A stretch of DNA of 64,000 nt from Eledone cirrhosa. Its lineage: Eukaryota. The notes below the pieces were generated by a model that saw only the letters and a program-made list of their open reading frames with translations, ran no database searches and was not told where the DNA came from. Positions 1 to 14,400 of this stretch are shown here, piece by piece (the first letter of the stretch is position 1; every line of letters starts with the position of its first letter). The position numbers and the translations under genes were made by a program. The stretch is from assembly GCA_964016885.1 (NCBI GenBank), contig OZ024740.1, forward strand, positions 380,618,001 to 380,682,000. The letters run 5' to 3'.

Positions 1-399
1 CACCGTCCTTTAAATAGTATAATAATAAAAAGCATATTAGAACGAAACCTTTATGGAACTAAACGACTTTTATCACCACTCACGACCTACCAGAAAATAA
101 AACACTTTTCAAATGATGTTAAAATCAGATTAAACAAAGCCTTTGACTACAGGATGACCTTATAACGTACGTAAAAGCTTAAATATATACATTTCATAGC
201 TAATAAACAACGACTCTAAATAAAATAATGCAGGTTTTCAGAATAAAAACTAGCAACACGAAGCACTTTAATATAATAAACACAAACACAGTCACACACA
301 TTAACTCATTCACACACACACACGCACGCACACATTGGCATTAGTAACATATACAGTCCTCAGCTCTAAGTCACAACTATATTCAGTTCCTGCATTACT

Positions 400-1400
400 T
401 GCAAACCTAATGTAGAAAATTTATGATAGCTTCAACAACAAAAGCCTAATCACACGCACCATTCTTACTACCATAAAAACGACCGATATGTTCCATTATA
501 ACTCGACATTACCAAAACTTTAGACTCCATTCCCCCATTAAATAATTCGACACAACCTAAAAAATAACACAAAGCACTGGTTATCAAACTGTCTCATTTC
601 GCTTAGTTTATGTAGTATACATGTACAGCGTTTCCAGAACTTACAATTTCTCGAAAGGTACACTAAAGAGATCCATTCTCTTACAAAACCGTTTCAACTT
701 ATACGAACACAATCTGCCACACAACACAAAATACACAGACTGCCTCATACACAGATGACATCAAACTCACATCCACTTACCATTTTCGAAACATTGTTGC
801 ACACATACTCCACCCCTAGATACATCACCTAGAAACGTAGCTATAGAACAACAGACTTAAAGTAACACTTACAAAATCCACTGTCTTCCTTCTTATCGAC
901 AACACCCCCATGTATTTAACTAACCATCACACTCAACAACATAAACATACAGTGCACACATACAAGACAAACATACTAAATATGACGTAAAACTCCTTCA
1001 CAAATTTCACAACATACATAGAAGACATATTAAAGAAAGCAAAACAAGGTACAAACAAATTAAAAACAACCAGAAGTATCATATTTGTCTAAAAGAAAGG
1101 AAAATAAACAATTGCGTACAAACAGTTCAAACAGAATCACAAAAGACTATGCCAGTCCAGCCTGGGCCCGTTATTCCTCTACACGAAAGCACAATAAACT
1201 AGTCAGAACACACTTCACATCATAACAGCTAATACCCCCGTCCCAAGGAAATCTATATAACGAAACAAATTTTACAAACAATGAATGACCATGTGAGGGT
1301 TAGTTTATTTTTGCAGCAAACTTCAAACCTAACAGTCTCTGTCGCTCTGTGAAAACTACCTTCAAACACACAGATGCATATAAAATATCAGAGTATTGCT
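400..1400 (+). pseudogene. Highly decayed LINE reverse transcriptase remnant (Jockey/I-group-like)
   Basis: Broken-frame motifs in the expected order: DITKTLDSIP (~505-535, cf. DxxKAFDxV), YTDDI (~748-762), DYASPAW (~1145-1165); strongly A/C-rich strand. Confidence 0.5.
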
Positions 1401-3047
1401 ATAGCACACTAAATTCACTAATTTTCCCATTGAACACTGACATATACAAATAACTACATCAATCACTGTACTGGCATCACAAACAATAATTACAAAAGAC
1501 CAAAGCAACTATCACGCTCTGATTGTTTCGAACTTGTCGACTCCGGAGTAGATGTGCATACTTTGAGTACATGAGCAAAGGTTGATAGAATTGCACGCAG
1601 TTAAACATGTCGTGTTGGTCTCCTGACATTTAATCTTTATGGCTGAAAAGACCAACTTCTGAAATGTACAATGATCACAAATAGTACATGCAAAATTGCC
1701 CCAGATTCTTCTATCGCAGTCACGGGCAAACAACGGTCCGTTTGGCTTTCTGAATGGCACTCCTAATTTCAAAATTGATTTGAAATGTTTGTAGATCGGC
1801 TCGCTTTATGATGAGCCACATCCTATGTAACCCACTGTTCGAAAAGTTTGCCCTTACCTGTTCTATCGTATGGAACTTCAACAGTTTGCAGTTTTCGGGG
1901 ACCACGTTTCACTATGTAATTGGCAATTCGATTTTACTCAAAGTTGTTTGTGGTTACCGACAGTCATTCATTTCTATTCAGTGTAAGATGATTCCGATTT
2001 ACAGTGTTATTATCTAAGCTCTAAAAGTTATCTTTTATGACACGATATACATTTTTGGTTTGTACTGGAGACTAATTCACCAGTAAATGCTTCGATAGCC
2101 TGATATCATCAAGATCAATGGCATTACCAATATATCTCATATGATACTTAATAAGGCGTCTTATTTACACGAGGGTAGACCGCTTTTTCTAGCACCTCTT
2201 TTTCATATGGAAAAGATTTATAACTAATGTTTAAAAATGCGTGTTAAACTCCTCTTGTTTGAATCTTTCATTGATTTGGACATGTTATGTTGTCGATATA
2301 TTATCTGAGACTCATAGGAGTATAGCAAGGACATCATTGTAGACACAGGTATCATAAACACCTAGTTTTATGAAAAGTTTCAAATTCCTGTCTGAACTGA
2401 TTTGTTTTTCGAGTGTTTCAAATGTGATCGAAACCTTATCAATTCACAAGTTGATCTTAGAATTCGGATCGCTCTCTCTCTCTCTCTCTCTCTCTGGCAT
2501 CAGGATTGCCAAGGTGCACAAAAGAATCCATTACATCAATCTGGTTCTCTGTGCAAGTATATTTTATATTCTACATTCGGCTTGGTATTTTTTCAGACTT
2601 ATTATAAGACCTAAAGCAACAGATATACCAGGAAAAAATCCTTTGTTTTGTGAGTATTTCGTTCCACGTGAGCCGCAAGAGTACAATCATGAACGTACAA
2701 GAATTCCTGAACTAGATTTTAAATGTCTTTGATTTAGCATTGTGGTGCAATACGAGACAAATATACCCTATTCACAATCCTGAAATACATGGACAATTAC
2801 TATTATATAGAGAATAAAGTTGGCACAGATATATCCCACTCCCCAACCACTTTACTTGAGACCCTTTTCTACAGGTATCACTTCTAGAAAAAAAATATAA
2901 GAGGTGAAGTAGGCCTTCAAACCAATGCAATTGTATCAGCATAATTACAAAGTAATCGCCCTCTCCCCGACTCACTATTTCTCTTTCTATCTCCCTGTAT
3001 ATATATATATATAATTATATATAAACATACACACACGCACGCGCGTA

Positions 3048-3182
<135 letters not shown>

Positions 3183-3243
3183 TCACACATATATACATAT
3201 ATGTGTCCCGGGTTCAATCAAGGGCAACCACAGTAAGTAAGGT

Positions 3244-3350
3244 AGAAATGGGGCTTCTACAGGACCAGAACTGTTTTATTCGAAGCAAATCATCATTCCT
3301 GGAGATTTCCATCGAATGAAATAGTTGTAGTCCTGTAGAAGCCATTTCTA
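3244..3350. ncRNA. Fold-back pair of degenerate hammerhead-like motifs in a short repeat between TA tracts
   Basis: + strand ttc-CTGGAGA-tttccatcgaat-GAAA-tag..ctgt-A-gaa (3296-3340); left arm is its reverse complement; homologous to 32471-32521. Confidence 0.5.
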
Positions 3351-3453
3351 TATTAAATTTTCTTATATATATATATATATATGTACAAAGAAAGTGTGGT
3401 AAGGAACCAAGTGGACCAGAGTACACGATACTTAGAGTAGGAGAGTGGGTAAT

Positions 3454-3569
3454 AGGAAAGCGTCAGGACTCCGACGGCTGAACTCCGGCCGTTTCGGCAG
3501 ATAGATCCGAACTGTCGGATCTAGCTGTCGAAACGGCCGGAGCTCAGCCGTCCGAGTCCTGACTCTTTT

Positions 3570-3572
<3 letters not shown>
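3454..3572. repeat. Near-perfect ~55-bp-arm hairpin made of Penelope-like terminal sequence
   Basis: aggaaagcgtcaggactccgacggctga...tcagccgtccgagtcctgactcttttcct; 3388-3495 is similar to 52798-52915. Confidence 0.8.
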
Positions 3573-3620
<48 letters not shown>

Positions 3621-3838
3621 TTTCCCTGAGTCGGTTTTTTCGTTGTTCTGGTCCTAGCGGTTCGCTTTTCGGTCGCTGGCTTCAATTTGCATAGCTGTCT
3701 AAACGTAATGTTATAACTCTAAGGTAAAATTCCTTATTGAATGCTTTTGGCTGCACTTCCTGACAGCATTCGTTAGCTTGCTCGCAACCAGAGCTTTGAT
3801 TATGCTGAACTACCTTCTTGTACTAATATAGATAGATA

Positions 3839-6675
3839 AATTTCTTTATTAGCCACAAGGGCACAAAAGAAGGGGACAAATACAAATGGGGAGTTTACAT
3901 ACATGTATATGAAAATAAAACTATTAATAAAATAACAAATAACAATTGAAATCCCCAATAGGGGGGAGGCGTTACACAAGGGTTGTACACACCCCGAAAA
4001 AATGTACAACCCTCATCTCCAGGAGCACCAAGAGTGAGTACTCCCTTCCTCTCTTTCTCTTTTTCCTCAACCTACAGGCTTATATAGAGAGAAGGCCCAA
4101 CCACTCGAGCCATCTTTGCCACATTCACCCACCTTTTATAAAATTTGCTGGGGTACAGCACCTCTGTCTCCATCCTGATTCTTCTTCCAAAATGCTATTT
4201 GAAAAAACGAATCAGTTGCTTTTAACCTCGTCCACCATATAACCTTTCACCATAGCCATAACACATAGGAAAACCTCCTCTCCCTCGTTTTTGAAGGAGA
4301 GTGGCGGTTTGATCATGACAATGGACTCGGCGGTCAACTGGATTGGTCCCACCCGCGACAATAGTCGTTCTACATAGCCCCACAGGTCGGTAACGCCCGG
4401 GCAGTGTACAAATGCGTGCGCGACGGTTACCTCGTCGCGCACACATCTCGGACAGATCTTTTTCGAAGGGTTCCTGCCCGGGCGCCCGTGTCTGTAGAGC
4501 CCGTCTCGAACTGTTAGAGCTCCTCGGTAGCACTGCCAGGCCAGGGACTTTTGGAAGTTGTCCATTAGTCCCGGGTGGAAGGTCCTACCCAACAGACTGG
4601 CCAGTTCGTCCTCCTCTACGCCCAGAGTTTCTCCGAGCGTGTCGTCGCACTTGCTGCTGACCAACCCTCTATAGAATGTCGAAGTGGAGTCTCCACTGAT
4701 CGCCGGGTCCGTTTGCCAGAGGACTGTGAGCGCCTGAGCACATTCGATATGCCAGTCGCCCATTTTCCTCGGTCTTTTCTTGACCCAGGTCTGCAGTTCG
4801 GTCAGCGAGACGAGTCGTGAGAAGGCTCGCGTCACGAACGGAGCCCACACCGGTTGTCCGGTGAGGAATACGTGGAGGTGCCGCAGCCTGAGCGCGTGTT
4901 TGCGCATCGTCAGCCACGGCATCCCCAGCCCGCCGTTTGAAGGGTGTTGGCAGCAGATGGATCTTCTCACCAAAGGAGCCCGCACTGGACAAGGCACGAC
5001 GGTCAAGCGGTAGTAGATGACGGACGCTATAAAAGTGTTCGCCACCTCCGCTCGACCTTTCAAGGATAGTTTGCACTCGGCCACTTCTGGGTGAGCGCAA
5101 ACACCTTGGCCGTCACCTCGTTCCAGTTCTTCTCTACCTGAAGGTCCGGACCAAACCAGACCCCGAGCAGCTTTACCGGTCCTTCCGTCCAGCGTCCGAC
5201 GGCGCCGTCGGAAGGCATCAGTTTGCCTCACCACGTTACGAGTTGTAAACCGACAGATTTGTTCCGGTTCAGTTTCGCTCCTGTGAACCTTTCTTATTCC
5301 TCCAGTAAGGTGCCGACCTCCCCTATGTGCGAGGTACTCGACACCACTACTGTCATGTCGTCGGCGTAGGCCGATGCCGCTTTTCGCAGTCCCGGTTCCA
5401 AAGGGATGCCCTGCTATAGCTCCAACTTCCGCAGTAGTGGCTCGAGAGTCAGTACGTACAGAAGGGAGTTGAGAGGGCATCCCTCTTGGATGGGTCGCGT
5501 GATATGGAACGGCTCCGAGAGGTAGCCGTTCACCTTGACCCTTGAGCAGATGTTGCTGATGTGCATTGCAGCAATCCAGCCCCTGAACACGGGTCCGAAG
5601 CCTGCCGCCTCGAGCACTGCATCCAGGTAACGATGGTCAACCCTATCGAAATCCTTAGACTGATCCAAGTTGATCAGGGCCCCACCGAAGCCGGGTTTGC
5701 ACCCTACCCTCTCTATGATGTATCGCATGAGGTAGAGGTTGTCGTGTATGGACCTGGTCGGGATTGCGCATGTCTGCGCTTCTCCCACCACGTTTTCGAC
5801 GACAAGCGCCAGCCTCTTTGCCAACACCTTGGCGAAAATCTCTAACTCTGTGTTTAGCAGAGTTATGGGCCGGAAGTTGCCTATGTCATCCCCCTTATTC
5901 TCGTCCTTCCTGGCTAACGTGACTACGCCCTTGGTCACAGAACTGGGAATTCTCCCGTTCTGCTGCCAGTTGCAGTAGAGCGCTTCCAGGAGACCGGAGA
6001 ACAAGTCCGGCATTGCTACGTAAAATTCGTAGGGTAGACCGTCGAGACCTGAAGATTTGCGTATGCCGCATTGGCACAGCGCGTCCCCTATCTCAGCGGC
6101 CGAAATCTGCCTTTCGCAGAACTTCGCCTCGCTGTCCGAGAGTCGCGGTAGGCCGTCGAGGTATGGGCCAAAATCCATAACCCCTCCTGACGCGCCGCTC
6201 TGCCCGAACAGTTGAGCAAAGTGCCGCTGAAAGGGCGCGCACATCTGCTTCGGCTCACGTATCACACGTCCGTCTTGGTTCTTCAAAGACCGAATCGTGG
6301 ACTTATTGCCACTTTTCGCCTTCGTCACTCGGGCCCAGCTAACAGCTTTGTCTCCCTCGTTTCCCAGAGCACGTATTTTTGCTTCTGACAACGCAGCCTT
6401 CATGCTTTGCGTTGAAGAACTGGTCCAAGGCCGTTCTCGTCGCTAGCACGCTGGCTACGTTGTCACTCCTAAGTGCCTCTTCTACTTTATCTACCAGTTC
6501 CTTTTCGGTTTTAGTTTTATCTAACACTAATTTTTTACTAAAACCTATCGAGTCTAATCTAACTGCCATCTTGAGAGAGTACCACCATCTGTTGTTGACA
6601 ATGGCCCCCGTCAAGTGCTGCTTAACTAAAGTGCTAATCCGTCTACTGTAGGCTTTGCATGTCGGTAACGACAAG
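3839..6675 (-). mobile_element. 5'-truncated L1/Tx1-clade LINE (RT + C-terminal Zn knuckle), frameshifted
   Basis: ORFs 6339-6674, 5414-6403 (KSSGLDGLPYEFY, NFRPITLLN, DQSKDFDRVDH), 4212-5480 (CPRCVRDEVTVAHAFVHC); TSD tatagatagata at 3827-3838 and 6676-6687; paralog of 23710-29408. Confidence 0.93.
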
Positions 6676-7192
6676 TATAGATAGATAGATAGAGAGAGAG
6701 AGAATATAAATATGTAAGTATACGTCCGAGGTAATTAATTTTTGATATGTCTCGTTATATTTTTGTTCGTATGAGCGTCAGATTCTTGGAGGTGTTTCTT
6801 AATTATTCTGTTTTAATTTCTAACATGGCTTCAATTTGTTCTTGTAAAACCGTTCTATACAGCTGCTGTGGTTGGTATTGCAGCTGTATAGGAGGAAACT
6901 GTTATCATCATCAGCAACATTATTGACATCATCATCACTACCATCATTAATACCACCACATCCACCATGATCAACATCACCACCACCACCACCACCACCA
7001 CCTGCATCACCACCTCCACTAGCTTCATCATCATCATCATTATCATCCTTTTCTTCGTCGTTTGTCATCTTCGTCACCGTATTATTCATACTAATTCTAA
7101 AGTACCAGTAATGCACTGAGTAATTGCTGGCCTTCTGCCTAACGTAGAAACAATTATTCATCCTGATTCTAATCATCACTATCACTATGTAA

Positions 7193-7246
7193 CTACTACT
7201 ACAATAACAACTCTACTACTACTACTGCTACTACTACTACTACTAT

Positions 7247-7289
<43 letters not shown>

Positions 7290-7296
7290 GCTGCTG

Positions 7297-7343
<47 letters not shown>

Positions 7344-7363
7344 GCTACTACTACTACTACTAT

Positions 7364-7397
<34 letters not shown>

Positions 7398-7423
7398 GCT
7401 GCTACTACTACTACTACTACTAT

Positions 7424-7469
<46 letters not shown>

Positions 7470-7548
7470 GCTGCTACTACTACTGCTACTACTACTACTA
7501 CTACTACTACTGCTACTACTACTGCTACTACTACTACTACTACTACTG

Positions 7549-7580
<32 letters not shown>

Positions 7581-7670
7581 GCTACTACTACTACTACTAC
7601 TACTGCTACTACTACTACTACTACTGCTACTACTGCTACTGCTGCTGCTGCTGCTGCTGCTACTGCTGCC
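7193..7670. repeat. (CTA)n/(CTG)n trinucleotide microsatellite
   Basis: Direct reading; source of the poly-V ORF. Confidence 0.95.
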
Positions 7671-7984
7671 GCTATCCTAAGAACGTTGACGAACAAGTAG
7701 GAGGAGCCTGGAAAATGAAAATAAAAACAAGAAATAAGAAGTGTATTGGAGCCTGTTGCCACAGCTGGTACAGCGGAGTGAGCGGGTGGTCCGAAGAGAA
7801 AGATCAACAACAACAGTAAATATAACCCTTACCCCCTACACAACCTCGTCTCTCATATATCCTCTCTGTTACTCGAAGCCACCCAGCCACCCCCTAGAAA
7901 ATGAAACTGCTTTCACCCATCATTTCCTCACTGTCATCGACCACACACCAATACCTACCTCCATATATACATATACAAACTGGC

Positions 7985-8013
7985 ACACACACACACAAAT
8001 ATACACACAATCC

Positions 8014-8077
<64 letters not shown>

Positions 8078-8200
8078 TGTGTGTGTGTGTGTGCAGAATA
8101 TATATATATATATATATATATATAGGATATATACATACATACATTTATATATATATATATGAGAGAGTCTATGGCTCCGTTCACTTATCGTGATATATAT

Positions 8201-8275
<75 letters not shown>

Positions 8276-8292
8276 TGTATATATATATATCC

Positions 8293-8328
<36 letters not shown>

Positions 8329-8340
8329 TATATATATAGG

Positions 8341-8384
<44 letters not shown>

Positions 8385-8396
8385 GTATATATATCC

Positions 8397-8435
<39 letters not shown>

Positions 8436-8459
8436 ATATCCTACGCACCCACACACACA

Positions 8460-8494
<35 letters not shown>

Positions 8495-8537
8495 GTAGTA
8501 GCAGTAGCAGCAGCAGCATACGTATATATATATATAC

Positions 8538-8590
<53 letters not shown>

Positions 8591-8660
8591 TGAGAGAGAG
8601 AGAGAACGAGAGAGAACGAGAGAGAGAGAGAGAGAATCAGACAGACAGACGTATATATAA
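7985..8660. repeat. Compound (CA)/(TA)/(GA) microsatellite cluster
   Basis: Direct reading. Confidence 0.9.
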
Positions 8661-9053
8661 ACACCCACGTTTACTTACATATGCAAATGTTCATGCATAC
8701 ACACTCACATTCACAAACCAACACATACCTACCAACCTACACAAACACACACACCCATACAAACACCATAATGTTTACTATGACAGGAAGGCCAGCCTGG
8801 AGGTTATTCAAATATATCTTCTAACAACATTTATTTTTAGCGTGTCGTTTGAGTGTGTTTGTGTGCTTGTGTGTGTATGGCTGGTTGTGTGCTTGTGTGT
8901 GTATGGCTGGTTGTGTGCGTGTGTGTGTGTGTATGTGTGTGTAATGTTACAGTTATGAAATCCTTGTCAAAACATGTTACCATTACTTTCAGAAGAGAAA
9001 CAAACAATGAGGGCTCAAAAACGCCATATTGCGTCCAGACCATTATATATATA

Positions 9054-9377
9054 CAGTGGAACCCCGGCTCACGAACGCCTCTCATCACGAACAATTTTTC
9101 CGAACATAAAATGTCTTGGTTGACGAACGATCTCTCGAGTAACGAACAAGCAAGCCAGCAACAACGGTCGGCAACAAGCTTGGAGTATCGGCGTTAAAGC
9201 CTCACTTGTTGTGTAGTTAGTTACTATGGTGATATCTATCTGTCCTTGACATACAGTCTCCCTCTCACTGTATTTCTCTCAACGTGTCGTATAGGGAAAA
9301 TAGTTTCAGTTTACGAACATTTCGGGTGACGAGAAGCCTTCAGCAGCGAATTAAGTTCGCGGACCCTTCTTCAACTG
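9054..9377. mobile_element. Tc1/mariner-pogo/Tigger-like MITE
   Basis: TA|cagtggaaccccggctcacgaac ... gttcgcggacccttcttcaactg|TA: imperfect TIRs with TA flanks. Confidence 0.65.
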
Positions 9378-9387
9378 TATATAAATG

Positions 9388-9484
<97 letters not shown>

Positions 9485-9659
9485 CATAGTTTAACTTATG
9501 CCAAAATCTCACTGGGGGAATACAAACTATACAAACTTATATTAGAGTTTCGTTTGTATCCTCACCCCAACTGCAGTTTAGGAATTAAGAGACAATATCA
9601 ATTATCCTAATAAATTAAGGCAACCAATATTGGAAGTAGAAAAAATATCCAATAGATAG

Positions 9660-10314
9660 TTTACGGACCTTGAGATTATGGAAACAGCGATATTTGGCTA
9701 AATTTCGAGTCTCTCTGGCAAATCCTGACAAATTGCCAACCGGTTCGCTTTTTGTTCCATAGTCAAATATTCGGGCACTAGTTTTGTACAAACCTTTTGC
9801 ATGTACAAATGGTCTGTTGAAATTCTATGAATTCCAAGCCCGTTTCTTCTGCAATCATCCTAGCATTTCATTGGCAATCTTTTGGCATCACCTCTCGCAC
9901 CATTTCCACAATTTGTTCAGTTGTTGATGAGATTGAACGAGGTTCATCTTCAAAATTTTCTCGACCCCTTTTGAAAGCTTTGTGTCACTTAAAAATCTTA
10001 CTTCTCAATAGAGTGGTATCTCTATCAGTTTGTGTTAAAGAGTTAAATGTTTAGGTCGAAGATTTGTTGAGTTTCATTCAAACTTTGATCGCATATCGTT
10101 GTTCAGTATTTTCGTGCATCGCAAGCATAACAAAGGTTATAAACACATTTATACATAAACAGGAATAACTCACGACTGACTCAGTCGATCCTGTTGAAAC
10201 AAGTATGTACGTACAGCCTAGGTCATAACCAATACACCTATGTACATCAATGAGGTGGTGCGTTACCATGTCGTACATAGGAAAATCAGTACCTTTACTT
10301 TTGGGACAAACCTT
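9660..10314 (-). mobile_element. Decayed mariner transposon 5' part (TIR + N-terminal HTH of transposase)
   Basis: Minus-strand EQRYAIK and DEPRS...ARMIAEETG resemble the mariner DNA-binding region; ends against a TA tract. Confidence 0.7.
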
Positions 10315-10370
10315 ATATATATATACGTATGTTTGTGTATGCATGCCTGAATGTATATATATATTCTATA

Positions 10371-10412
<42 letters not shown>

Positions 10413-10476
10413 GCGTGTGTTTGTGTATGCATGCCTGAATGTATATATATATATTATATAGTATATATATTATATA

Positions 10477-10528
<52 letters not shown>

Positions 10529-11137
10529 GTGTGTTTGTGTGTGCATGCCTGCGTGTATGTACATTTATATGCGTGTGTATTCGTGTGCATGACATGATTA
10601 TGTTTGCGAGTGAGAACGTGTGTTTTTTTTAAATGAGACAATTATGTAAGAAACCAGACAAAGAAAAGCTAAAAAGTAAACGAACTACTAAGATCTTATT
10701 ATAAAGTATCAGTCTGAGGCAGAAAAAGCCCAGAGGTGGGACTCAACCAGTAGGTCTTTCACTCTTTTCAGTCTGAAATTGTTATGTAAAACGTCTAACA
10801 CCACTAGTGAAATGTGTTTAACATTTTCTATATATATTTTGAAAACAGAAATGTATACCCGAGAGAAAATTCTCTAGAAGTATTTCATACAGTAGTAGTT
10901 TTAACTATACCCGCCCACCCACCATCTTTACTTTCTTGTTCGCCATCCCCATGTCGTCTTACATATAAATAAGACAGACAAATCTTGTATAGAATACGAT
11001 GTATTGCATATTAAGAGCTATATATTGATTTAACGCCAACAGTCTTAAAATCAGCACCAGAGGCAATCTAGCATAAACAGTAGAAATAATGGCAAAGGTG
11101 TGTGTGTGTATGTAAGTGTGTGTGCGTGCGAGTGTGT

Positions 11138-11168
<31 letters not shown>

Positions 11169-11281
11169 CATGCATGTGTATCTATGTGTGCGCGCGCGTG
11201 AAGTAAGTGTGTATTTGTAATTGACAAAACACAATAGCGTTTTCAAACAGTAATTTATTAGAATCTTTTTAATGGTTTCTG

Positions 11282-11424
11282 CTTACAAGATCTTGTGTAT
11301 TTCCTTATAGAATAAGCCAACATCGAACTTAAACAATGTTTTATTTCCCTGCATTGGACGGGCTCTTATGCACGTCTGTGGAAGGCAATTGTCTCACAAA
11401 TCTCTTATCCATGGTGAACACTTT
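11282..11424 (+). repeat. Left copy of long direct duplication flanking the R2-like element (putative TSD)
   Basis: cttacaagatcttgtg...atggtgaacacttt matches 15425-15559 with ~5 substitutions, one 9-bp and one 1-bp indel. Confidence 0.9.
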
Positions 11425-14400
11425 CTTTGCGACGCCTCCCTTGAAGGGGGAAGAGAGCTTAGGTCCGTGGTTTGAGCTGTACGAGAGAGGCAGCTTTACC
11501 GTCTTTTTTTTTTCCAGTGGTGATTGTTGGCTCGGCAGGTTTTACCATACTCGGGTGGTCAGCCACATAAGGACGAACTAAAATGCGTTAAATTAATGAT
11601 ATTGTATCCATACGGCAGCTGGGGGCCGAAAAGCCAGCGACCGGAGGGGTTGGGATGGGCCCCTCCGGCCTGCCGCAGCGTGCTGTAAGGCCCGCTGTGG
11701 TAAACGGCAGCCACCTCCGAGGCCTGACAATAAGCCGGGTCACGTCCCTCGTAAGAGTGCCGGCTCGCTGGATTCGAACCACCGGATGGGACAATTACCG
11801 GCTATAACGATTCGTAGGGATACCCCTGATAAGTTTACTCTTGACTACGGGACACACGTTTTGGTGTTAACAGGCAAGCAACTGCTCTCACAGTGGGCAC
11901 AAGACCCCGTAGACTCTGTCTGCGGGGTCGAGATGCCTGTGAGGGGGGAGGATTGCCTTGAGATACCGCGTGAGAATGTAATGCTGTCTTGCTCTCACTG
12001 TCCGCGCCACTTCTCTGGCCCATCTGGTTGGGCGGAACATTTGCTGCGTCGACATGGGCGGAAAGCAGTTTACAGGTGTAGCAAATGTGGTAGGGAGAGC
12101 TGTCACCTACATCCGCTCAGGCCGATGTTTAGGCAGGAGATGGGACGACATGCCCGCCGACTCGGGCCTTGTCCATATTTCCTAATGTGAGGAATGAGAC
12201 CGTACTTTCCGCACGGTCGCGGGAAGATCTCAGCACGAGAGACATCGCCACTCTGTGGTTGCCAATCGCCGCAGGATTGCGAAGCACGCAGAAGAAATCA
12301 AGAGGAAGCGTGCCTCTCGTGCTGCAGCCGCCTCTCGTGAGACGGCTGCGAGGTCTCGCATTCGTGTTGGCAAGGGCTGTTGGTCTGAGGAGGAAGTGTC
12401 GATCCTTCTTGAAAAAGAGGGGGATCTTCTTAGAGCAGGATGTCGTCGTATCAATATAGAGATCGCCCCTTTCCTGCCTGGAAAGACCGTGAAACAGATC
12501 AATTCTAAGAGGAGCGATCTGAACAAGAAGAAGCACTGTAAACGGTCCCCTACTCGTACTAGCAATTTCGGCAGATGTGCGACCGCCTAGCCAGGTGAGT
12601 GGAACGGTCACCCCGGCTGCCTCCGATTCTGATTGGAGGAACTCGTTCAGCGGTGCGGCGGAGCCGGGTCGCTCTCGATGGGCCGCTGTATTCACGGAGT
12701 GATGAGATTACGGGCGAGAGTTGGGATGCGTTCGCGGAGTGTGTCGATGGATGGTTAGACAGCATGCGCTCGAGCAGGAGGCCTGCTAAGTCCGGAAAAA
12801 AGAGTAATCTTAAAAGGCTCTCTAAGAAAACCGGTAGAAAGAGTGAAAAGAGAGCTCTCTAAGCTCGCTGCCAGTTTTTATACGACCGCGATAGGAAGAA
12901 GCTCCTTACGGTGATCTTAGGGGAGGAGAAGCAGGGGGTGTTCCTTGTCCCGATGGCAGACATCGAGTCGGCCTATGCGGACAGGTTTACCGTCCTGGGC
13001 CCGGATGTGGATCTTAGCGCGTATCCTGCAGCGGAACTGGTGAACAACGTGCCGCTTTTGCGTCCGTTCACCATGTTTGAGGTTGTAGGTGCACGCAGGT
13101 GTATGGGTTCACATTCGACTCCGGATCCTGACGGAGTCATGCCCCGACAGGTCTGCGCAATCGACCCTGCTACTCTAGTGAACCTATTCAACTGTATGTT
13201 GCTGGTCGGGAGAATACCCGATATCTTGAAATTTGAATGATCAGTCCTGATTCGTAAGAAGATGGACGGCCCGAATGATCTTTCCAATTGGAGACACCTG
13301 ACGATATGTTCTGCTGTGTATCGTCTATACACCAGGATGGATTCTCTCCAAAAGAATGTTTCAGGTAACACCCTTAAACCCTGCCCAAATGGGTTTTATA
13401 AATGCGGACGGCTGCAGTGAGAACCTGTTCTTGCTGCGGCAGCTTCTCGGACGCAGTATGGGTGGGCTAGCCCGATCGAGGATTCGGCGGTTGGACGTGG
13501 CCTTCTTAGACCTCGCCAAGGCCTTCGATACGGTTCCGCACTCACTTGTGTTTGCGGGCATGAGAAGACTTGGCTTTCACGAACATGTGGTCGATGTCGC
13601 AAAAGGTCTGTATGATGGCTGCGTCACAAAATTCTCAGTCGGAGCGGAAACGAGCAGAGCTATCGAGAACAGGCGGGGAGTCCGGAAAGGAGACGCCCTC
13701 TCGCCCCTTCTCTTCAATATAGCCACATACGCTCTGTCTATCAACTGTGGCTTACAGATTGCAGAGGTGGGATTGTCGAACCTGGCGTACGCGGATGATA
13801 ATGCACTAGTGGCCGGCTCTTCGGTGGAGATGCAGCGTCTAGTTGACAGATGCGTGTCTTTCTACCGGCAGGTGGGGCTAGCTGTGAATGTCTCCAAATG
13901 TGCCACGTTCTCGATAAAAGCGTGGGGGAAGACCTTTTTGGGCAACACGGACTCCGCTCCCGAGATCGACGGTATTCAGCTCTTGAGGATCGATTCTGCG
14001 GAGAAATGTTCCTACCTTGGTGTCAAAGTCGGCCCGTGGTCGAACTTCGAGATGAATGTTTCGGTGGAACAGGTGTCGCAGTGTATCGATAAGATTTGCT
14101 GCGATCCACTGAAACCCCGGCAGAAATTCCATTTTATGCAGCAATATTACCTGCCTAGATTGTTTTACACTCTTTCGCAGGTTCTGCCAGCCCGGAATAG
14201 GCTCGAGGCGCTAGACATAGCTATTCGCGCGGGGGCACGTAGGATAATGCATCTGCATGAATCGACCTCTGTTTCCTTCCTATATAGCAGCAGACGAGAT
14301 GGTGGATTGAACCTTTGCCAACTGGCGAAGATGATTCCGACCATCGTGATTCGAAAGAATCTTCGTCTGCTCGAGTCTCGATACAACGCGGTTCACCTTA

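Noticed and set aside
3711-3745. Resemblance of taactctaaggta to the 28S R2 target site
   Set aside because: Short, gapped match with no surrounding rRNA similarity; far from the R2-like element.
7199-7813. Long poly-V/A ORF and the many YI/CV/HT-repeat ORFs across the window
   Set aside because: Translations of microsatellites, not genes.
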